NCBI RefSeq assembly: GCF_036971445.1
Contig: NC_091471.1
Location: forward strand, 240,932,001 to 240,996,000
Direction: 5' to 3'
Origin: Narcine bancroftii
Taxonomy: Eukaryota
DNA length: 64,000 nucleotides
In this document: positions 48,071 to 60,138 of the stretch, piece after piece
How the letters are laid out: every line of letters begins with the position of its first letter
How positions within the stretch are numbered: position 1 is the stretch's first letter
Program-made: the position numbers and the translations under genes
Notes under the pieces: model-generated
The model's database searches: none
Told to the model about the DNA's origin: nothing
What the model saw: only the letters and a program-made list of their open reading frames with translations

Positions 48071-50485
48071 TCAACCCTCGGTCTCCCCATTTTTATTTAT
48101 TGAAAATTACCATAGTGTGATCATTCCCCCCTGAGTGACTCCTCAATTCTAATACCATATTTTTATATCTTTGTTACACAATCAAATCTTCTAAAATCTT
48201 CAGTTTGGTAGTCCAAGTTTCATAAACCAATGTTTTGTGAAGATTTAATGTAAATTGGCTGCATTCCAGTTCTTCCCCCTCCAGAACATAGCCACAGTGC
48301 TTTATTAATCTTCATTTACCATTAGTCCTGTACCTAATTTAAACTTTCCAAGGAATGCCTGGCCACATTCTTCTTGCCACATTTCAGGCTTATTAACGCT
48401 GTCTTGTATTTTGTCAGTATGACCAGTAAGACCCAGATTGGTTCTGTTCACAAATGTTGACATTCTTATTTCTGAACCAAATTGCAAATGTAAATATTGA
48501 ATAGGGGCCTCGGCACCAAATTTAAAGGATCACCATTTCCCACCTTGTGAAATTTAGCCACCTTAAAGTCTTATTTGGTTTCTCTTTCACAGATTGTTTT
48601 AAATTTAATTGTCACATAAGGAAACTTAAAATGATGGAGTGGAGGCATGAAAGGATTGAGAAACACTTTCTAAAATCAAAGGGATACAGTCACCAATCTG
48701 ATATAACAAGACCACAGGAAATGGCCAGTACGTGCAATAGATGATGTAAGACAAGCCAATGTCAACTCATACCAAAGGAAGCAAGAGAATCTGGTTGTCC
48801 AATGAGAATTCTTTGATGCTATCATTAGGTAGCAGAAATTTGTCTTTAATGTTCTTGCATAGTTTCTCTCTCATATGGTATGAAGTTGGTATCAATTGAA
48901 AAATATCCACTGCCTTATGATGATACATGTGAGTCGGCGACTGCCCTTTGGTTACTGTTACTAATGAAGTCACTGGCATGGTTACAGTAAAGTTATCCTG
49001 GAGCATAATTAATCTTGTTTTACAGTTGTTGAAATAAGTTCTTGCAATTAAAGATCTTTGGGTGGGGAGCAATGTCACCAACTATCTTACTGGGAGATAT
49101 TGTTCAGACTCATTATTTTGAAATGTTTGCAAACTGAACAAAATAAAAGTTTGTATCTTAATGAAATCAAAAAACATCTGATTTATTCTCAACTCGAGGT
49201 AAGATTCAAGATTCCTTTATTGCCATGTAATAGTACAGAACATATAAATTTGTACAAAATTGCAGCAGTCACCATGAGAGATGACTGGCACCCCTTACAG
49301 TACATAGGATCATGTTTTGCTTTTCCAATCTCTACATGACGGGTAATGGAGCTTCATCAACTTACCAAAAGGTAAGAATTCCTCTATTACCTTGTTGATG
49401 ACATTTTCTCAATATACCATTTTTAAAGAAACACAGAGCAGAGAAATTATGGCTCTCAGTAGTTGTTCCTTTGCTTATGGTTTACTCCTGCACAATTAGG
49501 TTTATGAGTATTTATAAATCTGCAAATAAGTTGATAAATTGGAACAGAAGAATAGCAGGGCCCCTATGCCAGGATGGCATGCAAATTCCATATTTTTGGA
49601 AGGGACAGCATGGAACACAAGCAGATTGTGTAGAGTGAAGGCCAAGTTGACCTGAAAGGAGAGGGCAGCAGCAGACATGAAAGGGAGACACCTTGGTGAT
49701 GCACAACTGGACGTGGGGAGAGAACATCAGAGGGTCGAAGCAGACCTGAAAGGGAGAGGAACAGGGTGGAATGCAAGAGGACTCTGTAGGGTGGAGGTCC
49801 AGCCATCCTGAAAGGGAGTCACCAGTTTGACCCTTCGTTAAACTGAATACAGAAGAAAGATAGCCAGAAGAGGTAGGTGAGACAGGGACCTGTAGATGAT
49901 AGTGAAGGATAATATCAAGAATAACAATGTCACTAAATTTGATTCTTCATACCTAATCAGGTCTTGAGCATAATTTCCTGCCTTCATTATTTTTGTGACT
50001 ACCATATATACTCTTGTATAGAACGACCCCAGAATTTCCACCTAAAATGTTGGTTTTGAGAAATACGCTTAGAATATGACCCGCCACCACCACCAAAATC
50101 TGGCACTTCCCGCTGACCAGGGGATGCTGTTAAGACAAATCACAATATTTTAATACAAATGATCATTTAAAGATTTACATTTTATTTTGATATTTTAAAA
50201 ACCATTTGGCTCCTATAAACAGGCCGTTAAAAGCCTGTACAGGGCTATTGGCAGTCGGACAGAGTTGATGGACCCCACAGAGGAGTGCTGAGACTTCACA
50301 AATAACTAATGATGCATGCACAAAGGAGCCAGCAGGAAGTTGGGGACAGTGTTGCGACCAAAGGGAAGAATTTTGGATTCTTTGTATTAGGACGAGCCCA
50401 ATTTTTAAGGTGAAAATTCTGCTTTGTATCATCCTATACAATGGCATATTCAGTAATCAGAATTTTTTAAAAATAGAAAAATATA

Positions 50486-50705
50486 CCGTAAATATTTGTG
50501 CATAATGTGTTCTGTGTATAATTAATGCAACCCCCACTCACCCACCCGAGTCGCACTGCTATCTCTCACAACACCCACCCCCCCCGGCCTGAGTCGCAAG
50601 ATTGCAGAATTTTTTTTTTACATTTTGCTCCTGTATATAATACGACCACCCCTATTTTTGAGGGGAAAAAGGAAATTTTTTCACATTATACTCGAATATT
50701 TACAA
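50486..50705. mobile_element. Tc1/mariner-type MITE; a related element lies at 51106-51511
   Basis: TA|CCGTAAATATTTGTGCATAATGTG ... CACATTATACTCGAATATTTAC inverted termini. Confidence 0.65.
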
Positions 50706-51555
50706 CAATATGTACATTTCCCCCATCCACAGGTCTGTCTGAACAATTATCAGGAAGTTAAATCTTTAAACAATAGTTTCTGGAGCCATCCTGGGAATTG
50801 ACCACATATGAGGAAGTTCAGCAGAAATCAGGGGCCATTGACTAGAAATGAGACACCAATGAGATAGTGAGGAAAACACAAACAGTGCACAATGACTGAT
50901 GTTGCAATGGAAAAATTCAATAGGGTTTGGAAAAGATCCAGAAGCAAACATATTAACAATTTAAACCTTGGGACTTTGTGGCACCAATGGTTGTTTTCAC
51001 ACCATAAAATACACCAGGTTGCATCACTTATATTACAGACTAGCTAATTAAAATAGAATGGGTAGTTACTTCCTGTGAAAAGCAAAGCTCTTTCATTTTT
51101 AACTACCGTATATTTTGGCATACGTTTAATTGTGAAACACTAAAATAAATTCCCAAAAGTTTGGGGGTGGGGTCGACTTGTATGTCAGATATACTTTTGG
51201 AGCTTAAATTCACCAAAAAAAGCCAGATTGATGCTGAAAGCATCTTTCCACTGCTGGCGCCGTCACTACCTGACACCGCCCCTCTGCTGGGCGCCACCAT
51301 AGCCACTCCTACTTGGGACCCTGAGGTTGCCGTCGCTGCTCCTGCTTGATAAGCCAAGGTGTTTTTTTTAAACTTAGCTTTGTTACTTGCGATTGGGAGG
51401 CCGAGACAGCCCAAAAAATGGGGTTGACTTGTACACCAGAAAAACCCTTAAAATTAGGCTCAAAAATGGGAGTCAACTGAAACACCAGTTGACTTGTACG
51501 CTGAAATGTAATTTCAGCCTTAAGAGAATTTTAAAGATTATGTCTTGAAATCGCC

Positions 51556-51790
51556 TGTTACAGTGTCATTTGGATCAAGGGTAAGTTTGGATTTTTTTTC
51601 TCTTGTGCAATTGGCCATAACAAAGGCCAGTAAAGATGAGAGTCATTAGAAAGAAATGTAAGGGGGATTTCAAGAAAACTTCCTTACCTGGATGGTAGCT
51701 GCAAAAAGAAACGTGAGCATAAGTAGTATTGAATAGTCAAGAGAAAGGGAGAGCTTGATAAACACATGGGAAAAGGGAATGAAATGATTC
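51556..51790. repeat. Right arm of the inverted duplication
   Basis: For example ctcttgtgcaattggccataacaaag is the reverse complement of ctttgttatggccaattgcacaagag near 48000. Confidence 0.85.
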
Positions 51791-54403
51791 ATGGTATTGT
51801 GCACATGGGGGTTCCAGGAGCACTTCTGTTGAGATCTAGTAGTAACCAATTAAGGTGTGCACACCCAAGCAGGCACTAAGCAATGCTCCTAAATGTGGTT
51901 CACTGGCACGGAATTCTTGGAAGGTAATTGGATAAGTCCTGAGGGGGTGCGACATCTAAAGATTCCGGGAGAGAATTGGTGATCTTTGGAGCTAGATGTT
52001 TGATATAGTGTCTGGCTGGGATTGATGAATGAAGAATGCCATGTATTGGTGGGGAGTGGGAGTTTGGCCAGGGGTGACAAGGCTATGCATCAGCTCAGGA
52101 CAGGCTGCTGCGAGGTGAGGCCAATGTGCAAGAATGGGCTTGTTGAATACCAAATTGGTGACAGGTTGCAACCTCAGAGGAACTACCTGTGGACTGACCC
52201 CTGTGTAAGATAGTCCCTTTCAAGTAATATTGAAGTAGGCTTTGGAAAAATTGTGAAATGGTGGATCATGCTTACATGGGTGAAAATGCAGAACTATTAT
52301 CCATGCATGCATTGCACAAAGCATCGAATGGAGAAGCGTGAATTTAAATTAAATAATAACAGGCCATTTTGGCCCACGAGTACTTGGCACCAATTTACAC
52401 CCAATTAGCCTAGATTCTGGTAGGTTTTGAATGGTGGGAGGAAACCAGAGCCCCCAGGGAAAACCCATGTACACAGGGAAGAATGTACAAATTCCTTACA
52501 GCGCAGGTTTCAAACCATGGTCCCAATCACCGACGCTGTAAAGGAATTGTGCGAACCACTATGCCAACTGCACCGCCCAACTTTGCAGACCTTAGAGTAA
52601 TATTTAAATCACATACAGAATAGCAATAGGCCCTTCCAGCTCATGAGCCCGGGCCACTAAAATACCCCATACATTTTGGAGGTTGGGAGGAAACTCACAC
52701 ATACACAGTTCGAACATACAAACGCTGTTCAGAGCCAGATTTGAACCCGGATCACTGGCCCTGTAATAGTGTTGTGCTAACCATGCCGCCCCATTGTTTT
52801 CCTTCGTGAATGATGGTCAACTGAGTAGGCAATACTCGATTCAAAATGCCACAAGGATGTATGGTTCCAGACATGAAAGTCTGTGCTGCGCTTACACTAT
52901 TACAAAACAGTAATGAAGTGAATTTTGGGAACTCTATTAGCGCAAAGCATTTGCAACGCCCCATGTTTGAATCCAGCGCTGTCTGTTGGAGCCTGTGTGG
53001 GTTTCCTCCGGGTGTTCTGGTTTCCTCCCACCATCCAAACGTAGGGGGGTTGTAGGTTAGTTGTAAGTTAATTGGGCCGAAAGGGCCTGTTACCCTGCTG
53101 CATGTTTGCATTTTTTTTTAATCAAAAATTCTGCTCTAATCTTGTATGCATTCAACACTTGCAGAAAGATTATATCCAATATCACCACGTTTGGCCAGAC
53201 TAATGATGTTCACATCCACTGAACCTGTAACACATCAGGGTTCTACCGTGTCATAGAATAAAAACCTTAGAAATTTGACCTTTTTAAAAAAAAAAAAATC
53301 ACAATAACTTTTAACTAAACATTAAAAACTTTTTTGTTTTATCCACCATGTCTGCAAGTCAGTCTCTGGGATTAGTGATCACTTATCAGGTTGGCAAAAA
53401 CTGCAGATGCTGGAATCCTAAACAGGACACTGGAAGAACTCAGCAGTAAGATCCATGGAGGCAGGAGGTGCAAGTTAACATTTCAGGTCAAGAGCCTACG
53501 CAAGATCAGAGAGGGAAGCTCCACTTTTTATTGCAGCTACTTTAGACCTGACCAAGTGTGCTTCTTAATCATGTCAGCAGCTACTAAATGATAAATGGAA
53601 AAAGTTATAGTTATTAATAACTATAAATGCAAAAAGATAACAAACATACACCATATTCACACACTCTACATACACAAAAGGCTCAGTATGTTAGGCACTT
53701 AAGCTGTTAGTTTTGACACTGGGCAGCTACTTAAATATGCCAATGTATAGGATGATCAGAAACAAAATTTTCACCTTAAAAAAAAAAATCAGGGTTGTCC
53801 TATAAGCTGGATCTAAAATGCATACCTTGATGGCGAAGTCTCAACACCACCAGCATCTTCCTGCCAGTTTTGATGCAATCTTGCACATGCTGTTATCAGT
53901 GAAGTCTCAGCACTCCCCCACGGTGTCCATCCGCCCAGTCAGACTGCTGTAGGCTCTGTACAGGCCTTAAAACGGCCTGTTACAGGAGCCAACAATGGAT
54001 TTCGTTTTAAAACATGCAAATAAAATTAAAACCTTTGCATGGTAATTATGCTGTGCTTTTAACTGTATCCACTGGTCAGTGGTAAGTGCCAAATTTGCCA
54101 AATTGTGGATTTATACAAAGGCATTGCTCAAAAAACCTACATTTTGGGTGGAAATACCAGTGTTATCCTATCTAATGGCATATTCAGTATTTGGTGGAAT
54201 ACGTCAGCTAAATGCTCAAAACCAAAAGCTGAGTCAAGGCAATATCTAGAATAACCACAGGATTGGGCTTGACTGTACAATGCTTACAGAAATAATGACC
54301 ATTGAACATTACTGGACTCAAAAAGAAACTATGCTCTATTTTAATACAAAGATGTTTCCATTTTAAAATCACTTTCACAAGACAAAGGTTTTGAAATAAC
54401 AAT

Positions 54404-54409
54404 TTTATT
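54404..54409 (-). promoter_or_regulatory. Candidate poly(A) signal of nanos3
   Basis: AATAAA on the minus strand about 330 nt after the stop, ending a U-rich tract. Confidence 0.45.
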
Positions 54410-54612
54410 GAGAACAATTTAAATTGACACATTGAAATGTAGTGACAGTATAATTTTTCCATTTTTAGGAATTACTCACTTTCAAATATTTACTCCAAAC
54501 TCCCATGACTAAAAGCATGAGCTTTTACTAAATATTACATACATCAACAACAGAAAGACAAAACGATGATGAATTCTACACTTCCAACATTAATCATATT
54601 AAAAAAAAACAC

Positions 54613-54709
54613 TAAATAAAGAAACTGTAATGTTTGCTCTCTACATCATCAGCTGTTAAATGTAAAGTTATTTTTGTGGATTTGGTGTGAATCAGTCACA
54701 TTGAAGACA
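54613..54709. repeat. 97-bp direct repeat, copy 1 (nanos3 3' UTR)
   Basis: Matches 55778-55874 at 94 of 97 positions. Confidence 0.93.
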
Positions 54710-54741
54710 TTAGAGCATTTTTTAAAAAAGTTTCAAAATTC

Positions 54742-55599
54742 TTAGTCTCTTGCTGCTTTCTTATACATTGATCTATAGTTACCTTGCAGATGACAGAAAC
54801 GTTTTGTGTGAGCCTTGTCCCCAGTTGCATGGCACAGTGGACAAATGTATTGACGCAGAATTGGACAAACAATCTTGCCATTCACATCTTTAAGAGCATG
54901 TGAGGTGTAGGTGTTTTTTGACTCTCCATTTCGTTTACAGAACATGCATTTATTTGGGTCTTGACCGACTTTGGAGGTGGACGGTGTATTAGTAAAATCA
55001 CCGTTTGATGTTTTTCCCCTGAGGAGCAGGGCATTTCCCCCACTGTGAACAACTGAAAACTCACAAGGTTCTTCTGTTTCCATCAACAGGCAGCTCTGGA
55101 AGAAATGATCTTTCAGTAAATTATTCCTCTTTATCGCCCCCTTCTGTTTTGGTGCCAGATTATTCATTCTGTTGAATTCACAGCCAAAGAAACCAGCTTG
55201 CCTTTCTGCACTACAGTCGCAAGCTATGGGATAATGAATCCATGGAAAATGTTGCAATTCTGTTGAACCATCGCACAAGTGATGCTCCTTCATGTGTTCT
55301 TTGCGATGCATCTTTTCTAGGGCATTATCTGTCAACCACAGGCCAGTCCCAGGTTCCATGGTCAGAGCTTCTGCTTCATGTTGTTCCTTAGTTACGCTGT
55401 TCTCTGGAATGGATTGTTCCCTTTGCCTGAACTCGCTCAGTACCCTCCAGCTTTGCGTGTCATGCAATCCAGTGCTCAGTTTTAACCTCATGGTTTCTGT
55501 TCCTGAATACCTTGGTTTGTGCCGAGCTTCAATCATATCCTGCACCACCTTGTTCAGCTCCAGGTAGTCAGTCCATATGTTGTACCCAGAGTTTGCCAT
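54742..55599 (-). CDS. nanos3: Nanos-family CCHC zinc-finger RNA-binding protein, 285 aa from ATG 55599; nanos3 by synteny
   Basis: N-terminal NOT1-interacting-like motif YNIWTDYLEL and C-terminal double CCHC finger CMFCKRNGE...H...CPILRQYICPLCHATGDKAHTKRFC in one uninterrupted ORF. An upstream in-frame ATG exists at 55671. The paralogue name rests on position between brme1 and miR-181. Confidence 0.9.
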   Translation of the reverse strand: MANSGYNIWTDYLELNKVVQDMIEARHKPRYSGTETMRLKLSTGLHDTQSWRVLSEFRQREQSIPENSVTKEQHEAEALTMEPGTGLWLTDNALEKMHRKEHMKEHHLCDGSTELQHFPWIHYPIACDCSAERQAGFFGCEFNRMNNLAPKQKGAIKRNNLLKDHFFQSCLLMETEEPCEFSVVHSGGNALLLRGKTSNGDFTNTPSTSKVGQDPNKCMFCKRNGESKNTYTSHALKDVNGKIVCPILRQYICPLCHATGDKAHTKRFCHLQGNYRSMYKKAARD

Positions 55600-55777
55600 G
55601 GGTTTTGTGCTTATCAACAAGTGTCTGGTCTCACTCAAGAGGGGGGTTACCTTTAAGACCAACTCCTGCATTGTTATCAACTGAATGACAGGATTGGTTA
55701 AAGATTGTTATCAGTCTCTGATGTGTGATCTGGCATGTCCTTTAAAACTGTTTAATTGACCATAATATATATATATA

Positions 55778-55874
55778 TAAATAAAGAAATTGTAATGTTT
55801 GCTCTCTACATCATCAGCTGTTAAATGCAAAGTTATTTTTGTGGACTTGGTGTGAATCAGTCACATTGAAGACA
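55778..55874. repeat. 97-bp direct repeat, copy 2 (upstream of nanos3 ATG)
   Basis: Matches 54613-54709 at 94 of 97 positions; abuts a (TA)n tract. Confidence 0.93.
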
Positions 55875-58439
55875 GTAAGTAATATCATTCTTGGCTGCTG
55901 TTGCAGCAGATAAAAAAAACTCAAGACATTTCAAGTGTTAGAAGAACATCAGCTACACTCCCCACACCTCCAGCTCCCTTCCCGCTTTCTCTCTGTAGTT
56001 CAATGGTCTTCCATTAGACAGCCATTGGTCTGCCTGAAACCTGTTGGTCTTTCGGAATGTTGCTGATTGACACGGAGGCTTGGTGCAGCCAATGCAAGGG
56101 CGCTGTGGGGAAAGAGTCTAAAGTCCTCCCATTAATGAGCAATGAGGGGCTGAGACGGAGGGGAGGGGGTCCCTCAACAAACAGAGGGAGAAGCAACGAC
56201 AAGTGCCACAGTGATGGTAACAGGTATTCAGAGAACAAATGTAATAGTTTTCAGATTTATTGTCAGAATACATACAACCCCAAGTTTCCTTTTCCTGAAA
56301 GCAAGGCAAAAAAGTGTACAAATGTAAACAACTGACTGCTGTATAGAGAGGAAAATAAGGTGCAAAATTAAGTCCTTAAATGATCTCCAGTGGGCTGCTG
56401 GAGACTGGCTCATGAGAACCAGGTGTTGGAACTGGAAATTTGAGAGGATGTCAAGGGCTCCCTAAGGGCCCTGGGCACTGAAGGCTTCCTTATTGTGTTG
56501 GAGATTTTGGACCTGTGCTCAGATTGCTGATGCCTTGATCTGGAGTCTGTGGGAGTGCTGGAGGCGATTCTATGAACACTTGTAACTCGGTGAGGGGTGG
56601 GGTTGAAAAACACGCTCTTGCTTCTCTTTCTCTGACTGTAAGGGGTGCCAGGCAATGCTAAAGGCAAATCTTCATCTTCCTTATTTGCAGACTAAAGGCA
56701 ATTCCGTGATTGTTACATTTTTGAATTAATCTGCAATAATTAGGAGTTGTTAATGGGAAGGCTTGTTGAAGGAGCTGTGTACCATTTTTATTATCATTTA
56801 CCTTCTGGAAAAAGATTTTCTTTATATTTTAGATCACACTTAAAGTTGATCTTGTATGTAAAAAAAAATTACATGACAATATACAACATCTGATCAGCAG
56901 TTTGAGTCACTATTCCTGCTGCAGAACTTGGGAGTGTGCTAATCAGCCATCGTCAGCAATAGTTAGCTCCTTTATCGGAGTTATTTTAGCATTCAACTGC
57001 TACTTTAAGTAACTGAATTATTACAAGAGGTGTTAACTATCCCCTTTATTTAACAGGTGCCGTGGCACAGAAGCCAAACATCAAAGATTTCAGCCGTTTT
57101 GTCAGCTGCAATCAGCAGGTGAGACCAAGAGTAGATTAGATCTCCACTATTGTCAAAAGTGACATTCAGAAATGGAAATCCCCATGCTCAGTGAAAATAA
57201 ATGGGAAGAAACAGCTTTGATATTGTAAGTAGCTGCCTCAGCTCTTCTAAGGCAGCTTTGGGTGGAGGGCATTTGGCTCCAGTTCCCTGGGCTACCAGAC
57301 GTCTGGGAAAGCTTTTGTGGGTTCTGCACACTCCACCCTAACTGGGAAAAATGGAACTCGACAGGATGTGTGGGGGAGTGTTTCAGGTGTTCTGTGTCCC
57401 CAGCTGGGGCTCGACAGGACATTGTGTGATCCTAGTGATCAGAAGAGGTATCGGGGCCACAAGACCCACACCACCAGGTTCAGGAATAGCCGCTCCCCCT
57501 CCACCATCAGACTCCTCAACCACAAACTCAATCAGGGACTCATTTAAGGACTCTTAATTATGCACTTTGTTTTATTCTTCTCTGTATTGCGCAGTTTCTT
57601 TACATGTGAATGTCGAATACATTTTTTTTGGTAATTCTGCCTGGCCCACAGGGAAAAGAATCTTACCGTTATGTGATGTCAGGGATGTACTCTGACAATA
57701 AATCTGAAATAATTCTTGCCTCTACGGGCATACCTCAGCACCCTTTCTGCCATTTCTCCACTGCAAGCAATCTCATGCCAAAGATGCAGACCAGTTGTTG
57801 AGGATGTTACACTCCCCCCCACTTCCCCCTCCAGGGAGAAAGTCCTCGATGGATTTTATTTTCCCTCCTGGAGACTGGGCTCAAGGGGCTCGTTTTGTGA
57901 GTTTGGTGTCAGAAATGCAGACTGCATGCACTGCTCCAACCAGAGATCAAGGTTACTGTCTCCGGTCCTGTAAATCATTTCATACAATAGCACAGATGAC
58001 TGAACAGGACTTGCAAGAAACAATCAGATTTCAGAGTCCATTCATGACATCGCATACAGCACTGTGATTTTTTTTTCCTGTGGCCGCGACAGGATGACCA
58101 CTTATTGGTAAGCATAAACATTTGATTGTGCAATAAGAGGAAAAAATGTCAATGAAATACAAAACTAAGAGTCCATTGAGCAGCACGGGCTTGTGGTTCA
58201 AAAGGGCCTGTTTCCATGCTGTATGATTACATTAAAATTAAAACTCAACAGCTTTGCATTCACTGCATTTTTGGTCTGTTCACTCGCATACTTTATCCTA
58301 AAATAATAATTTCTGAAATAAATCTTATTTGAATCTGAAAATATCTAGTACTACCCTAACCATGATTGTCTGCACCACTGTAATATATCTTTCTCCCCAC
58401 CCCCCCCCACAAGCTGAATATTTACCCATTGTTTTAGGT

Positions 58440-58700
58440 CGGTACGGTTGGCAGAGCAGTTAGCGCAACGCCTTTACAGCGCCAGTGATTGGGACTGGAC
58501 AGGAGTTTGAGTCCCTCGCTGTCTGTAAAGAGTTTGTACGTTCTCCCCATGTTTGCGTGGGTTTTATCCAGGGGCTCAGGTTCCCTCCCACTGTTCAAAA
58601 CGTACCAGGATATAGATTAATGGGGTGTAAATTGGGCACTAGAGACTTGTGGGGCTGAAATGGCCTGTTACCGTGCTACATCTCCAAATTAAAAATTAAA
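58440..58700 (+). mobile_element. tRNA-derived SINE (HE1/V-SINE-like). Other copies at ~28550-28750(-), 33200-33420(+), 40140-40330(+), 46955-47185(-), 52345-52580(-), 52600-52790(-), 52935-53110(+)
   Basis: A-box/B-box-like head, conserved central core, ggcctgttaccgtgct tail. Confidence 0.78.
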
Positions 58701-58729
58701 TAGTGTATAGCTTCAGAAGTGGTCTTGTT

Positions 58730-59263
58730 AATTAGGCCTTAAATTGGAAGAAGCGCAAAAAAAAAGATTTATTATGATAGCCTCAGCTGTAGCAAAAAAA
58801 ATATTATGTCAACCTGAAAATCAGAAGAGAGCCTGAGAAAACAGCAATGGTACATAGAAATGAATAAATGTATTCCATTGGAAAAAATAACATATAATTT
58901 AAAAAATAAAGTCACAGTATTTGAACAAATTTGGGAACCGTACATGGAACAGTAACCTTGCCTCGGACCTTCACCCCCCTAAAATGATAGAATGAGAAGA
59001 TGACGAAATGAACTGAACCAGTGTGTAAAAGTAGATGACACAATTTTCTTGTTTATTTTCATTGTGTGATGACATTGTTTAATGGGTTTATTGTATTGTA
59101 TATGTTGAATGTTTAGTAGGTAGGAAGGGGGAAGGGAGGGGGGGAGGGAAGGAGGGAAGGGAGGGGGGAGGGGAGGGGAGAAAATGACTGTATATTCAAG
59201 AGGGAAATGTTTGTGTGTATTTTGATTGATATGGTTCAGTGTGTAAAATAAAAAAAAAATTAA
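58730..59263 (+). mobile_element. L1-clade LINE 3' end (ORF2 C-terminus, G-rich 3' UTR, A tail) with 13-bp TSD
   Basis: Encodes ...PLEKITY...FEQIWEPYME; poly-G tract; A tail; AAGTGGTCTTGTT at 58717-58729 and 59264-59276. Confidence 0.85.
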
Positions 59264-60138
59264 AAGTGGTCTTGTTTATAAATAGGACAATAAATTTTCA
59301 TTGTGATAAATCAAAGTACTGTTTTCCATCATTTTCCTGTTCAATAAATTCATCGTTTCACTCACCAAATGGTTTTTTAAAAACCATTTACTGTCGTTTG
59401 AATACCATTAATGTCTCAACCATGCACTCAAGTGACAGTCTGGACTGGATGCTTCAGTAGTGGAGGACAACCCGCAGGCAGTGAGAATGCTGAACAACCA
59501 AAGGAACTACTCATGCCAACCATCCAAGATTCTCATTTGTACATAACAATATTATTTATACAAATAAAATACTCACCCTGAAAATGTATTGTCTGTATGT
59601 GTTGTGCCTGCGTGTTTTGCTCCAAGGACCGGAGAACGCCATTGCACAAATATAACCCGATTAAATCAGATGATACCTTGACTTTTGCATGTGTTAAACT
59701 TGATTCAGACTTGCAAGCAATTTCAGCTCCACGGAGCTGGATCCAATCCTACTATCTGAAGTTTAGGTCCTGTGGGTGTGGATGTACCCTGGGCTGCCTT
59801 CACTTCTTCCCAAGGATATGCTGGCAGCTTAAACAGAAAAGAATGCAATTACCCCTGGTGTAAAGGAATCAAAAGGGAATTCAGGCATTTGTGTGGAAGA
59901 AAGCAAGATGCATGGCTGCAGGGAAATGTGTCCAAGGAGATCTCTACTAGGAGCCAGCAAGGACCCTGACAACCCAATGGTCTGTGTCTGCAAGTAAAAA
60001 GGCACTGAAGCTGGGAACACTATAGGCTGCTTCCAGCAGGTCATCTCCTTTCACACTATGACACCATTTCTAATCCCACTTTCACACTCAACATCAGGAA
60101 CTTTGCTGAAAGAAATTTTCTTTCAGATCTGGTAATTA

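Noticed and set aside
54084-54089. miR-430-type seed site (GCACTT) in the nanos3 3' UTR
   Set aside because: It lies beyond the candidate poly(A) signal at 54404, within what looks like a decayed MITE; a single 6-mer is expected by chance.
55600-55680. N-terminal extension of nanos from the TTG at 55680
   Set aside because: Non-ATG start. The Nanos N-terminal motif begins right after ATG 55599, and the upstream region looks like promoter.
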